Source: Nitrospirota bacterium (GTDB lineage: Bacteria > Nitrospirota > Nitrospiria > SBBL01 > JAADHI01). From it: DNA of 64,000 nt. Below, piece by piece: positions 26,393-35,160 of this stretch. The stretch is from the NCBI GenBank assembly GCA_029261155.1, contig JAJDBW010000077.1, positions 2,365 to 66,364 on the forward strand, in the 5' to 3' direction. How positions within the stretch are numbered: the stretch's first letter is position 1; the number at the start of each line of letters is the position of its first letter. The notes under the pieces were generated by a model, which saw nothing but the letters and a program-made list of their open reading frames with translations, was not told the DNA's origin and did not search any database. Position numbers and translations under genes: made by a program.

Positions 26393-26407
26393 GCATATCC
26401 GATGCCA
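26393..26407 (-). promoter_or_regulatory. Candidate sigma-54 (-24/-12) promoter
   Basis: The minus strand reads TGGCAT-CGGAT-ATGCT. GG and GC have the canonical spacing of consensus TGGCAC-N5-TTGCW. The -12 GC is 58 nt upstream of the ATG at 26335. An NtrC-type activator gene lies immediately upstream. Confidence 0.55.
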
Positions 26408-26490
26408 TATTGGTTTTAAGACATAAGATATTGATATTTAAGAGAAATTATGAGTCGTATGTTTTGGTGAATGTGTTATTGGAGGAAAGT

Positions 26491-26527
26491 GGGTTATTTA
26501 GCCCAAATAATTTGGGGTAAATAACCC
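26491..26527. promoter_or_regulatory. Imperfect 37-bp palindrome, candidate enhancer (UAS) for the sigma-54 activator
   Basis: GGGTTATTTAGCCCAAATAATTTGGGGTAAATAACCC. The outer 10-nt arms pair perfectly and the inner CCCAAAT/ATTTGGG arms also pair. The centre lies about 100 bp upstream of the candidate -24/-12 element, a typical bEBP distance. Confidence 0.45.
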
Positions 26528-26622
26528 AAATAAATCGTCACAGGTTTTTGGCGGATTGAGAATCTGTGGTTGATGACCGAATGAACTGGTTTTTAGGCAA
26601 GCTTGAAAAAGTGAAGGCTGAC

Positions 26623-28029
26623 TTATTTCTTGTCGTGAAGCGTGAGCTTATATTTATCGATGCGATAACGGAGGGTATCTCGGGAGAGGCCAAGTAATTG
26701 CGCCGCTTTCGTCACATTCCAGGCGGCCCGTTCCAAGGCTTGCGAAACCAGATTTTGCTCGATGGTTTCTAAGGAAATGCCTTCTTCGGGAAGGATAAAA
26801 TCATCGGGGTGGACTTGATTTTTTGTTTCTAGGTCGGTTTTGACTCCAGGTCTTCGTGTGAGTCGAATATCCACTGCGTCGATGAGCGTATGTTTGGAGA
26901 AAAAGACGGTTTGTTCAATTGTATTTTGAAGCTCACGTACATTACCGGGCCAGTCATATTTTATTAATAAGGTTTCCGCCTCTGGGCTCAATCGCCGTCC
27001 ATTTTTTCTATACCGTTGGGATTGTTGTTTCAAAAAGGTATTGGCGAGAAGGAGTATGTCCTTCCCACGCTCTCGTAGTGCTGGGGTTTCAAGTTGTATG
27101 ATTTGGATTCGAAAATAAAGATCAGAGCGGAATTTGCCTTTTTCGACCAATTCCGGGAGCGATTGGTTTGTTGCCGTAATGATTCGGACATCCATTTTGC
27201 GTTCCCGAAGACCGCCCAAGCGGCGGATCATCTTGTTCTCTATGGCTTTTAAAAGTTTCGCCTGGAGCGATATATCGATCTCCCCGATTTCGTCTAGGAA
27301 AAGGGTTCCGCCGTCCGCAGTCTCAAAAAGCCCTTGTTTTTTCTCTTTCGCATCGGTAAAAGCACCGCGTTCGTAACCAAAAAGTTCTGCCTCTAAAAGT
27401 TGATGGGGAATTGAAGCGCAATTCACTTCCACAAAGGGCATTTTTTTTCTGGGGCCATTATAATGCAAAGCTCGGGCGACCAGTTCTTTTCCCGTTCCGG
27501 TTTCTCCGGTGATGAGAACCCCTGGAGGGGCCCCTTCCGTTAATGTCCGTTCCGAGGCATTCAGCTTGTTGATCGAATCTTTTAAGGCAAGCATAGGCGC
27601 GGATTCGCCGATAAGATCTTGGCAAGACTCCTTCTCTTGATAATAGGAGAGTGCGCCTTCAAGTCGGGACAGCCCGATCACCTTATCGAGAAGGGCCTTC
27701 AATTCTTTGAGAACAAGCGGTTTACTGAGAAAATCGCTGGCCCCGGCCTTCATGGCGTCGACCGCGGTTTCCACATTTCCGTGGGCTGTCATCATGATGA
27801 CCTTGATCGAAGGATCCATCTTTTTTATTTCTGCGAGGATTTCCAGTCCATTTCGATCAGGGAGTTGAAGGTCTAATAAAACGAGGTCTGGCTTAAAATG
27901 GTCAATCTCTTGGAGGCCATGCCGCCCATCCAAAGCAATTCGAACATCGTAATCGTAACGTTCCAAGTAGAGTTTAATATTTTTAGCCAGCGTGGGTTCG
28001 TCTTCTATAATGAGAATTCCGTGCGACAT
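26623..28029 (-). CDS. Sigma-54-dependent response regulator (NtrC family: REC + AAA+ + Fis-type HTH)
   Basis: 468-aa ORF. LVLLDLQLPDRNG (REC), GETGTGKELVARALH (Walker A), ERGAFTDA (GAFTGA-type sigma-54 contact loop), WPGNVRELQN and C-terminal AAQLLGLSRDTLRYRIDKY (HTH). Confidence 0.9.
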   Translation of the reverse strand: MSHGILIIEDEPTLAKNIKLYLERYDYDVRIALDGRHGLQEIDHFKPDLVLLDLQLPDRNGLEILAEIKKMDPSIKVIMMTAHGNVETAVDAMKAGASDFLSKPLVLKELKALLDKVIGLSRLEGALSYYQEKESCQDLIGESAPMLALKDSINKLNASERTLTEGAPPGVLITGETGTGKELVARALHYNGPRKKMPFVEVNCASIPHQLLEAELFGYERGAFTDAKEKKQGLFETADGGTLFLDEIGEIDISLQAKLLKAIENKMIRRLGGLRERKMDVRIITATNQSLPELVEKGKFRSDLYFRIQIIQLETPALRERGKDILLLANTFLKQQSQRYRKNGRRLSPEAETLLIKYDWPGNVRELQNTIEQTVFFSKHTLIDAVDIRLTRRPGVKTDLETKNQVHPDDFILPEEGISLETIEQNLVSQALERAAWNVTKAAQLLGLSRDTLRYRIDKYKLTLHDKK

Positions 28030-28036
28030 GTAGCCT

Positions 28037-29392
28037 CTATTTGGAGATTGGGATTCGGATGGAAACCGTCGTGCCCTGATTTTCCTGGCTATCTAATTGA
28101 ATCGTTCCATTATAGCGGCCTATGATGCGTCTTACCAAGGACAATCCGACACCGACACCCGCGCGCTTTGTCGTGTAAAAGGGTTTAAACACCTTATCGA
28201 TTTGGTTTTTTGGTATCCCTTTTCCTGTATCTTTTATTTTTATGATGAGAAGGTTCTCATTTTTGATAAAGTGGTTCGAGATAAGGAGTTCGCCGCCCTG
28301 TGGCATGGCTTCAATGGCGTTTGAGATCAAACTAATAAAGATATGCCGCATCGAGATCTCGTCCGCCTTGATTTTTGGCATGGGTTCTTCTAAATCGAAG
28401 TGTACTTTAACCTCGCATTTATTTAGTCTTAGCTCAAATCCGCCGAGGGCAGATCGAAGCAAATTATTCATTTGAATCAAGGAAAGCGTCTCGCCGGATA
28501 CCTTGGCATAGGCCAGCAGTTCTTTAATCCAACCGGAGAGTCGGTCAACTTCCACAATGATATCTTGTGCCGCGTTACGAAAGAGAGGGGAGGGTTCTCC
28601 CTCCAATGAAAGCTCCGCGGATGACCGAATGGTTGCCAGCGGATTTCGAATGCCGTGAGCGACCGCAGAGGACATCTCTCCGATCGCCACCATCGTTTCC
28701 GATTCGATGAGTTGTCCTTGCTGTTGGCGGATTAGCAATGTGGCGCGTTTGACAATCCAAAAGAGCGAAACATATAAGAAAAGTCCACCCAAGACCGCCG
28801 TTGTCCAAATGAGTTGTTCGCCTTTTTTGATGGCATTAAATAAACTGATGGGTTCTTTGTAGACCTCGAAGGCGCCGAAGACCTTATCCCGGTTTTTGTT
28901 CCATATTGGAATATAGGTCTCAACAAAGAAAGGCACTTGTTTGTCGAAGACGTGTTCCCCTTTTAAGGGTTTACCGGATGTGCCGCTGGAGATGGCGATG
29001 GATCCGGCCAGGGCGCGAATGAGTTCCTCATTCGGCATGAAATTGTGATCGATGAAACGCGAATCATCCGACCAAAGGACTGTCCCTTGTTTGTCGTAAA
29101 TGTTGACTCGAACCACATCCGGCATCAAGGCAATGCGCTTAAAAAGATCTTCGAAACTTGCTTTCGTCTCTTGAGTCTGCGTTCCTTCAAAATACAGGCT
29201 GGCATCCGTGGCACCAATCAATCCGTCGGCAAATTCCTTCGTAATGACGGCATCGCGTTGGAGCATATTATGGGTGAGAAAACGGGCAAGGAGGAGAGAG
29301 GAAACGATAGAGATCAGTGCAATACAAACAAAACTGAGTATGGAAAACCAAGCCAGGAGATTAAAGGGTTTTTTTCTTGGGCCAGGTTTCAT
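28037..29392 (-). CDS. Sensor histidine kinase with a periplasmic sensing domain
   Basis: ATG at 29392 (MKPGPRKKPFNLLAWFSILSF...) is the likely start; the track ORF extends to 29533. Two TM helices flank a ~180-aa periplasmic segment. H-box EMSSAVAHGIRNPLATI, N-box LISNAIEAM, G-boxes DTGKGIP and GVGVGLSLV. Confidence 0.85.
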   Translation of the reverse strand: MKPGPRKKPFNLLAWFSILSFVCIALISIVSSLLLARFLTHNMLQRDAVITKEFADGLIGATDASLYFEGTQTQETKASFEDLFKRIALMPDVVRVNIYDKQGTVLWSDDSRFIDHNFMPNEELIRALAGSIAISSGTSGKPLKGEHVFDKQVPFFVETYIPIWNKNRDKVFGAFEVYKEPISLFNAIKKGEQLIWTTAVLGGLFLYVSLFWIVKRATLLIRQQQGQLIESETMVAIGEMSSAVAHGIRNPLATIRSSAELSLEGEPSPLFRNAAQDIIVEVDRLSGWIKELLAYAKVSGETLSLIQMNNLLRSALGGFELRLNKCEVKVHFDLEEPMPKIKADEISMRHIFISLISNAIEAMPQGGELLISNHFIKNENLLIIKIKDTGKGIPKNQIDKVFKPFYTTKRAGVGVGLSLVRRIIGRYNGTIQLDSQENQGTTVSIRIPISK

Positions 29393-29701
29393 CGTGATCA
29401 ATAAACACTGGGGAATAAGAAAGCGATAAATTAAGGTGGTGAAGGATTTATTATGGCGATGACGACGAGAAGAATATCGTGTTTTATTAGGGATGTCCAC
29501 TTGTATTTCCTCCACCCCTGCCCAGGCACCCAAGGTGATCTGGTTTTGGGTCGCCTGATTGGGTCGCCTTGTTCATATTCCATCAAACCCGTCTCATGAT
29601 CACGGCGGCCGATGAATTGGGATTGTCGTTTTTCAGAAACTCGAGGCCTTGGGGCTAATCGGTGAGGCCCTCAAGCCTTGAGTTCGATGAAATTATTTTA
29701 T

Positions 29702-29710
29702 ATCGTCTTG
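29702..29710. repeat. Target-site duplication, left copy (ATCGTCTTG)
   Basis: An identical 9-mer directly abuts the other IS end at 31036-31044. Confidence 0.75.
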
Positions 29711-31035
29711 CACTACTGTCCCAACGTTATACGAATAAATTCAATTGGTTATCGTCACCGAGGGTTTCATCTTCGTAATCAATTAAAGAAAGCACTTGTA
29801 ATATCGGCGTTTTCTCGAACAGCGACACACTTAAAATTTGTAGAATTGTGTAGAGGCTCCGGTCGAGCTTCAGACGTTTTTTGATGATGGCCACCAGAAC
29901 GTATACGGAGATAGCGATCCAGATTTGGGTTTTGACCGCGTTCTCGGTGGTTCCATAAAAGACTTTGATTCGCAGGTGCTGCTTGATCCACTTGAAGAAC
30001 AGCTCGACCTGCCAGCGACACTTGTACAGCTGGGCGATAACGATTGCCGGTAACTCGAAGTTGTTGGTTAGGAAGATGAGCTGTTTTTTGGTGACGGCAT
30101 CGACGTATCGGATGCGCCTGAGTTTTTCCGGATAGCCTTTCAAGGCATAGAATCCGGTGACGGTGATGACCTGATCTGTCCGTACGCCCGTTGACTTGTC
30201 CACTGGGAGTGAGTAGAGACGCTTGAAGACGAAATTGCTTTTTGCACGGGTAACGAAAAATGCCAGTGACTGATGAACCCGGTAGAGCCGGGCAAAATCG
30301 ACATAGGCTCGATCGAATATATAGATGGCCCCCGCCTCGAAGAAGAGGTGGTCGAGGATATTGACATCGTGGATTTTGCCTTCTGTTATGCTGATCACCA
30401 CTGGGATGTTGCCTCGCAGATCCAAGAGCGTATGGAGTTTGATGGCGGCTTTCTTTCGGCGAAATTTGGCCCAGGGAAAGACGGAGAGACAAAGATCGAT
30501 GGTCGTTGAATCGAAGGCGTAGACGGTCTGGTCGAGTTCTAATCCAAAGTTCTCGCTTGCATACAGCTGCCTGGCGACTGTAATCAGCACTTGGGCAAAG
30601 TCGGCGTAGATTCGGAAGTCGCGCACCTCGTTGGCATGGGCCAGGGTGTTTCGGGAGACCTTGCCCCGGAAGCCCATGTGATAAAGTTTGGACTTCGCCA
30701 CCCGTAGGCAGGCCTCGATGTCCCTGAGGCTCTCGCGGTATGTCAGCTGCGCGAAGGACAGACAGAGAAACTGATCCAGGCACGAGAAGGTGATCACCTT
30801 GTAGTTGCCGTTGTATCGTCGCACGCATTTTTGAAACTCGTAAGGTGGAGCAAAGTCCATCAGTTGAGCAAAGACGGTCCTCCCGATATTCATCAGCTAT
30901 CTCCTTCCGCGGGTATGCGGAAGTGTGGCCTATCGGAGGAAAATATTTCAAATCGAAAAATTGCATTTTGGAAGAAAACATCATATTTCTCTATGAATTA
31001 GATCAGCCAACCCATTCAACGTTGGGACACTACTG
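29711..31035 (-). mobile_element. Intact IS4-family insertion sequence (1325 bp)
   Basis: The terminal inverted repeats CACTACTGTCCCAACGTT (29711-29728) and the reverse complement of 31018-31035 (CAGTAGTGTCCCAACGTT) match at 16 of 18 positions. A single 388-aa DDE transposase ORF lies between them. The element is flanked by a 9-bp direct repeat. Confidence 0.85.
29727..30893 (-). CDS. IS4-family DDE transposase (DUF4372-type N-terminus)
   Basis: 388-aa ORF. MNIGRTVFAQLMDFAPPYEFQKCVRRYNGNYKVITFSCLDQFLCLSFAQLTYRESLRDIEACL is the typical N-terminus of this IS4 subgroup. YKCRWQVELFFKWIKQHL is the C-terminal DDE (E-containing) motif region. Confidence 0.85.
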   Translation of the reverse strand: MNIGRTVFAQLMDFAPPYEFQKCVRRYNGNYKVITFSCLDQFLCLSFAQLTYRESLRDIEACLRVAKSKLYHMGFRGKVSRNTLAHANEVRDFRIYADFAQVLITVARQLYASENFGLELDQTVYAFDSTTIDLCLSVFPWAKFRRKKAAIKLHTLLDLRGNIPVVISITEGKIHDVNILDHLFFEAGAIYIFDRAYVDFARLYRVHQSLAFFVTRAKSNFVFKRLYSLPVDKSTGVRTDQVITVTGFYALKGYPEKLRRIRYVDAVTKKQLIFLTNNFELPAIVIAQLYKCRWQVELFFKWIKQHLRIKVFYGTTENAVKTQIWIAISVYVLVAIIKKRLKLDRSLYTILQILSVSLFEKTPILQVLSLIDYEDETLGDDNQLNLFV

Positions 31036-31044
31036 ATCGTCTTG
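31036..31044. repeat. Target-site duplication, right copy (ATCGTCTTG)
   Basis: Identical to 29702-29710 and directly abuts the right inverted repeat. Confidence 0.75.
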
Positions 31045-31372
31045 TTATGTTAGGAGGTGTTGCAGGTGCTATGCCAATTTAAACTCAAGCGATTCCAAGA
31101 GCATAACGATTTGATATTCAATAGTTTTTTTAGGGGATTCCCCGGCCATGATATAAAGGCCTCAAGTCGGTGTTTTTTGGGGGTTTCACCCAACACGGAG
31201 CGGCCTAAGTAATGAAGGGCCATAAGGACCACTTGGGATGGCGCAAAGATGGACACGGACTCATATGATAATTAGGTCTGGGCGATTGTGCAGAACCTGA
31301 TTGGCCTTAAAGAAGACATCTTAGTGCGGGCTACGCTTGTGAAAGCGGTGAATCTATGGTAGTTTCAAAATA

Positions 31373-31870
31373 ATGAAAGCGCGATGCCTCATACGATGGA
31401 TACTCGTGCTCAGCCTAATCATCCTGGCTGGGATGCCCCTTGCGGCAGAGGGTCCAAAGCCGCCGACATTTGAACTGGTGTCCCTAGATGGGGATCGGTT
31501 CACACAAGACGATCTGAAGGGGAAAGTCACCTTGGTTGTGTTCTGGGCCTCCTGGTGCGGGGTGTGTAAGCACGAGCTTCCCAAGATCCAGCACTTGCAA
31601 AAGTCATTGGAAGGTAAGCCTTTTCAGGTTAGAGCCATTGGATTTAAGGATTCGGAAGCCAATATTCGCCGCTATACCAAGATGCATCGGGAGACCTTTT
31701 CTTTTCCGGTTTACTTTGATCGGGGAGACCGCGTTTCTTCCAAATTCGGCGCGACGGTAACGCCTACGCTGTTCTTATTCGATAAAAATGGCGAATTGGT
31801 CATTCCGTACCGAGGGGGCGGATTGCTTGAACATCCCCAATTCAAAAAGGCCTTGGCCGAGTTGCTTTAA
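31373..31870 (+). CDS. Periplasmic thiol:disulfide oxidoreductase (TlpA/ResA-like redoxin)
   Basis: 165-aa ORF with a signal peptide. VTLVVFWASWCGVCKHELP carries the CxxC motif, and TPTLFLFDKNGE is typical of the thioredoxin fold. Confidence 0.8.
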   Translation: MKARCLIRWILVLSLIILAGMPLAAEGPKPPTFELVSLDGDRFTQDDLKGKVTLVVFWASWCGVCKHELPKIQHLQKSLEGKPFQVRAIGFKDSEANIRRYTKMHRETFSFPVYFDRGDRVSSKFGATVTPTLFLFDKNGELVIPYRGGGLLEHPQFKKALAELL

Positions 31871-32073
31871 GTTTTTCGTTAAAATAGATCGATTTAATTT
31901 CTGCCTTGGTGAGTGGTCCCTCCACGCGAAGCGATGCGGTCCACCACCGAGGTATAGACCTCATACGATCGATAAATAGGTCCTCATTCTCTATTCATAT
32001 CACGAGGCTCCTATTTCCGACTATCGACTAGGGTCTGCTCGAGACTTGATCGACGGGAAGGAAGATTATTCCT

Positions 32074-33216
32074 CTGCACCAATATATTACGACCGCGCCG
32101 GAAAGAGATAAAGCAATCGCCCTTCTCAGCGCCGTTCCCAAAATCGGGGTCGACACCGAAGGGGATTCGCTATTCAGCTACCAAGAAAAAGTCAGTCTAA
32201 TTCAAATCTCCGGTGGCGGGCGCAATTATATTTTCGACCCCCTCCTCCTCGATACGGTACTGCCGCTGGGCGCCCTCTTCGAAAACCGAGATATATTGAA
32301 GATTTTTCATGGTGCCGACTACGACATTGTTTCCTTGAAGCGAGATTTTCAGTTTAAAATCGGCCCGATTTACGATACCGCATTGGCGGCCCGCGCCATT
32401 GGTGTTAAACAATTTTCCCTTCAAAATCTCATCGAAAAGTATTTCCAAGTAAAATTGGTCAAAAAGTATCAAAAATCGAATTGGAGCCTCCGGCCCTTAG
32501 CGGAAGGCCAACTGGAATATGCCTCAAACGACACCGTCTATCTCGAACGTCTCCACGAGATGATGAACGATGCCGTGATCGAAAAAGGAAGAGGGGATCA
32601 GGTCGAAGAAGAATGCCTTCTGATGGAGGCCATGAACTGGAACGGGAAAGATTTTGAACCCGACGATTATTTACGCATTAAAGGCGTGCGCACCTTGCCG
32701 GAGCGTTCTCAAAAGGTCCTTCGAGAATTGGTGACCGTGAGAGATCGTCTCGCGCGCGAACGGGATTGCCCACCCTTTAAAGTGATCTCGAGCCGCTACC
32801 TTATTACCATGGCGACTTCTCCCCCCAAAGACGACGCCGCGTTGATGGCCTTGTTTCCTCATGGAAGCAGCACCGTGCAGAGGAATCTTTCCGAATGGAT
32901 GGCGGCGATTCGCATCGGAATGCACAGCCAAGTTGCTTTACCAAAACCGATCAAAAACGCTACTAGTCCCATGGCATCGCGACTTGAAAAGTTGTTGAAA
33001 CATTTAAAACAGTGGCGCAATGGTCTTGCGCAAAAGGAGGGAGTTGAGCCCGCCATGGTGCTCACTGGCAATGTCCTCACGGAGATCGTGCGTCATCTTC
33101 CCGCTTCTCTGGAAGACCTCCAAGCCATCCCCCTGTTTAGGCAATGGCAATGTGTGCGTTACGGCGAAGCCCTTTTAAAAGAAATCGCGTTATGGAAGAG
33201 TAAGCATCCCCTTTAG
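32074..33216 (+). CDS. rnd: RNase D-like 3'-5' exonuclease with HRDC domains; start codon uncertain (non-canonical)
   Basis: The track ORF starts at TTG 32296, but the frame is open back to the stop at 32047-32049. That upstream part encodes the DEDD Exo I motif (IGVDTEGDSLFSYQEKVSLIQIS). Downstream come KIFHGADYDI, YASNDTVYL (Exo III) and two HRDC-like segments. The start coordinate given is a CTG downstream of GGAAGGAAG. Confidence 0.65.
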   Translation: MHQYITTAPERDKAIALLSAVPKIGVDTEGDSLFSYQEKVSLIQISGGGRNYIFDPLLLDTVLPLGALFENRDILKIFHGADYDIVSLKRDFQFKIGPIYDTALAARAIGVKQFSLQNLIEKYFQVKLVKKYQKSNWSLRPLAEGQLEYASNDTVYLERLHEMMNDAVIEKGRGDQVEEECLLMEAMNWNGKDFEPDDYLRIKGVRTLPERSQKVLRELVTVRDRLARERDCPPFKVISSRYLITMATSPPKDDAALMALFPHGSSTVQRNLSEWMAAIRIGMHSQVALPKPIKNATSPMASRLEKLLKHLKQWRNGLAQKEGVEPAMVLTGNVLTEIVRHLPASLEDLQAIPLFRQWQCVRYGEALLKEIALWKSKHPL

Positions 33217-33268
33217 TACCCTGTAACTTTCAATTGATCAATCTGTCGCTTCGCTGTAAAATGACCCT

Positions 33269-34537
33269 ATGAATGCAAACCGGACCCCCTTAGACATCGT
33301 GTTACTGTGTGCCGTCCTTTTCGGCCTAAACGCCTGCGCCGGATCAGCCGGAAGCGCCGTGTTGGCCATGCCGGAGGAAGACGCGAACATTGCGGCTTCT
33401 TCTGAACAGGGATCTCCGGAATCGCCCTATGTTCAAATCGATCAAGTCGAACCCGGAAAGATTATCCACTTACCCACCGGATTGTCCCTGAGTGAAGCGC
33501 GTGTCCTTGAACTCCTTTCTTCGGCTCGAATTATCTATGTCGGCGAATCCCACGACAGCATCGAAGATCATGCCGTTCAGCTGAAAATCTTGCAGAGCAT
33601 GTCGAAGCGTTTTCCGGGAAAGATTGCAGTGGGCATGGAAATGTTTCGTCAGCCCTCGCAAGGGCAGCTCGATCGGTGGACCGCCGGTGATTTGGATGAG
33701 AAGGCTTTTCTGCGATTATGGGCGCAAGATTGGGGTGGGGATTTTTCCTATTATAAAGCCCTCTTCGATTTTATCGGAGAAAATAAAATTCCGCTGATCG
33801 CCCTAAAAAATTCCCAAGAAATGGAAGTAAAAGTCGGCATGAAGGGTTTCGCCGGACTATCGGATAACGATCTCCGAAAACTCCCCGAAATCGACAAGAA
33901 CGACCCCTTTCACACGCAAGCGCTTCAGGCCATTTTTAAAGGCCATGGACCCGGTTCAGATCGGTTCAATGCTTTTCACGAGACCATGTTGCTTTGGGAC
34001 GAGTCGATGGCCGAAAATGTGGTGCGCTATCTGAATTCTCCTGAAGGGGCCGATAAAAAGATCCTTGTTTTTGCCGGGGGCTTTCATGTGGGTTATGGTT
34101 TTGGCATTCCGCGGCGTGTTTTTCGGCGTTTGCCTGAGCCCTATCAGATTGTCATTCCTCATTCCAACGATTTTCCGGACGAAAAAAAAATGCTCAATGT
34201 GAATTTGCCGGACCTACCGCTGCCGCTCTCCGATTTTGTTTGGGGGGTGGCCTACCGGCCCTTGGAAGAAAAGAAGCTCCGCTTGGGCGTTTTTATCGAA
34301 CCCTTTCAAGCGGGTATCCGAATAACCGAAGTGTTTCCCAAATCCCCCGCGGCCTTAGCGGGTTTGGAGGCCGGGGATATCGTCGTGTCTTTTGATGGCC
34401 AAACCATGCTTGACCCTTTCGATTTAACCTATGCCGTTGGGCAACAGAAAGCCGGGGCGAAAGTGAAAATCCGCCTCATTCGAAATGGAAAGACCATCGA
34501 AACCGAAGCCGTCTTAAAGGCTTCGGGCCATCCCTGA
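33269..34537 (+). CDS. ChaN-like (haem-binding/Tiki-type) domain lipoprotein with a C-terminal PDZ domain
   Basis: 422-aa ORF. Signal peptide with LNAC lipobox. ARIIYVGESHDSIEDHAVQLKIL...AVGMEMF is the ChaN/DUF399-type motif. The C-terminal GIRITEVFPKSPAALAGLEAGDIVVSFDG is a PDZ domain. Confidence 0.65.
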   Translation: MNANRTPLDIVLLCAVLFGLNACAGSAGSAVLAMPEEDANIAASSEQGSPESPYVQIDQVEPGKIIHLPTGLSLSEARVLELLSSARIIYVGESHDSIEDHAVQLKILQSMSKRFPGKIAVGMEMFRQPSQGQLDRWTAGDLDEKAFLRLWAQDWGGDFSYYKALFDFIGENKIPLIALKNSQEMEVKVGMKGFAGLSDNDLRKLPEIDKNDPFHTQALQAIFKGHGPGSDRFNAFHETMLLWDESMAENVVRYLNSPEGADKKILVFAGGFHVGYGFGIPRRVFRRLPEPYQIVIPHSNDFPDEKKMLNVNLPDLPLPLSDFVWGVAYRPLEEKKLRLGVFIEPFQAGIRITEVFPKSPAALAGLEAGDIVVSFDGQTMLDPFDLTYAVGQQKAGAKVKIRLIRNGKTIETEAVLKASGHP

Positions 34538-35094
34538 TGAATGCATACGATCATCAATCCCAAGACCCCGCTCCCATCTTAATCGAACACCTCTCTATTT
34601 TACCTCCCGGACCTGTGCTGGATATTGCCTGCGGCTACGGTCGAAACGCATTCTATCTTGCAGCGCAAGAAGGCTATCGTGTCATCGGTTTTGACCAGAG
34701 CAAAGAGGCGATCGAATTCTGTAATCGACAGGCAAAAGAACGGGACCTCCCTTTTTCGGCTCAGTGTATTGATCTTGAAAAGCAATTCCCATCCGAAAGC
34801 GAGGCTGCGGTCGTCTGTTGTTTTTATTATCTCGACCGCAATATCATCCCCAAGATAAAAAAGGCGGTCAAAATTGGCGGTGTCATCGTTTACGAAACCT
34901 TTCTCGTCGACCAGCATCAACACTACGGGAAACCGACTCGAACTTCTTTTTGTTGGGGACACCAGGAGCTTCTCGAAAGTTTCCTCGACTTCCGAATTCT
35001 TTATTATTATGAAGGCGAAATATTTCCTGCCGGAGATAAGGCGAAAAAGAGCGGACGATGGGTGGCGCAGTTGCTTGCCGAGCGGACTCAGTGA
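34537..35094 (+). CDS. Class I SAM-dependent methyltransferase
   Basis: 185-aa ORF. VLDIACGYGRNAFYLA is motif I. Its start overlaps the stop of the upstream gene (TGATG). Confidence 0.7.
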   Translation: MNAYDHQSQDPAPILIEHLSILPPGPVLDIACGYGRNAFYLAAQEGYRVIGFDQSKEAIEFCNRQAKERDLPFSAQCIDLEKQFPSESEAAVVCCFYYLDRNIIPKIKKAVKIGGVIVYETFLVDQHQHYGKPTRTSFCWGHQELLESFLDFRILYYYEGEIFPAGDKAKKSGRWVAQLLAERTQ

Positions 35095-35160
35095 CGGATT
35101 CGTGTTCCGCAAGCACCATTCTGGGCCAAGCGTATTTCAACTGTAAGGAATCTTGATCCG

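Noticed and set aside
29553-29575. Short direct repeat GGGTCGCCT-N4-GGGTCGCCT upstream of the sensor kinase
   Set aside because: Two 9-mers alone are too little to call a regulator site, and they are partly inside the longer alternative ORF of the kinase. Recorded only as a possible operator.
29779-30984. 401-aa ORF overlapping the IS transposase in another frame
   Set aside because: It is Arg/Pro/Gly/Ser-rich low-complexity sequence with no motifs. It lies entirely within the well-supported transposase gene, so it looks like a typical shadow ORF.
31050-31256. 68-aa minus-strand ORF, and a 48-codon plus-strand ORF (GTG at about 31065 after AGGAGG), next to the IS right end
   Set aside because: Neither has recognisable motifs, and both are short and in an intergenic stretch. 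They may be remnants or small genes, but there is not enough evidence to annotate them.
35095-35160. Expected a fluoride riboswitch (crcB motif) upstream of crcB
   Set aside because: The 66-nt leader lacks the conserved GGxGAUG...CUGAUG pseudoknot elements as I remember them. crcB is probably co-transcribed with the upstream methyltransferase. A covariance-model scan (Rfam RF01734) would settle it.
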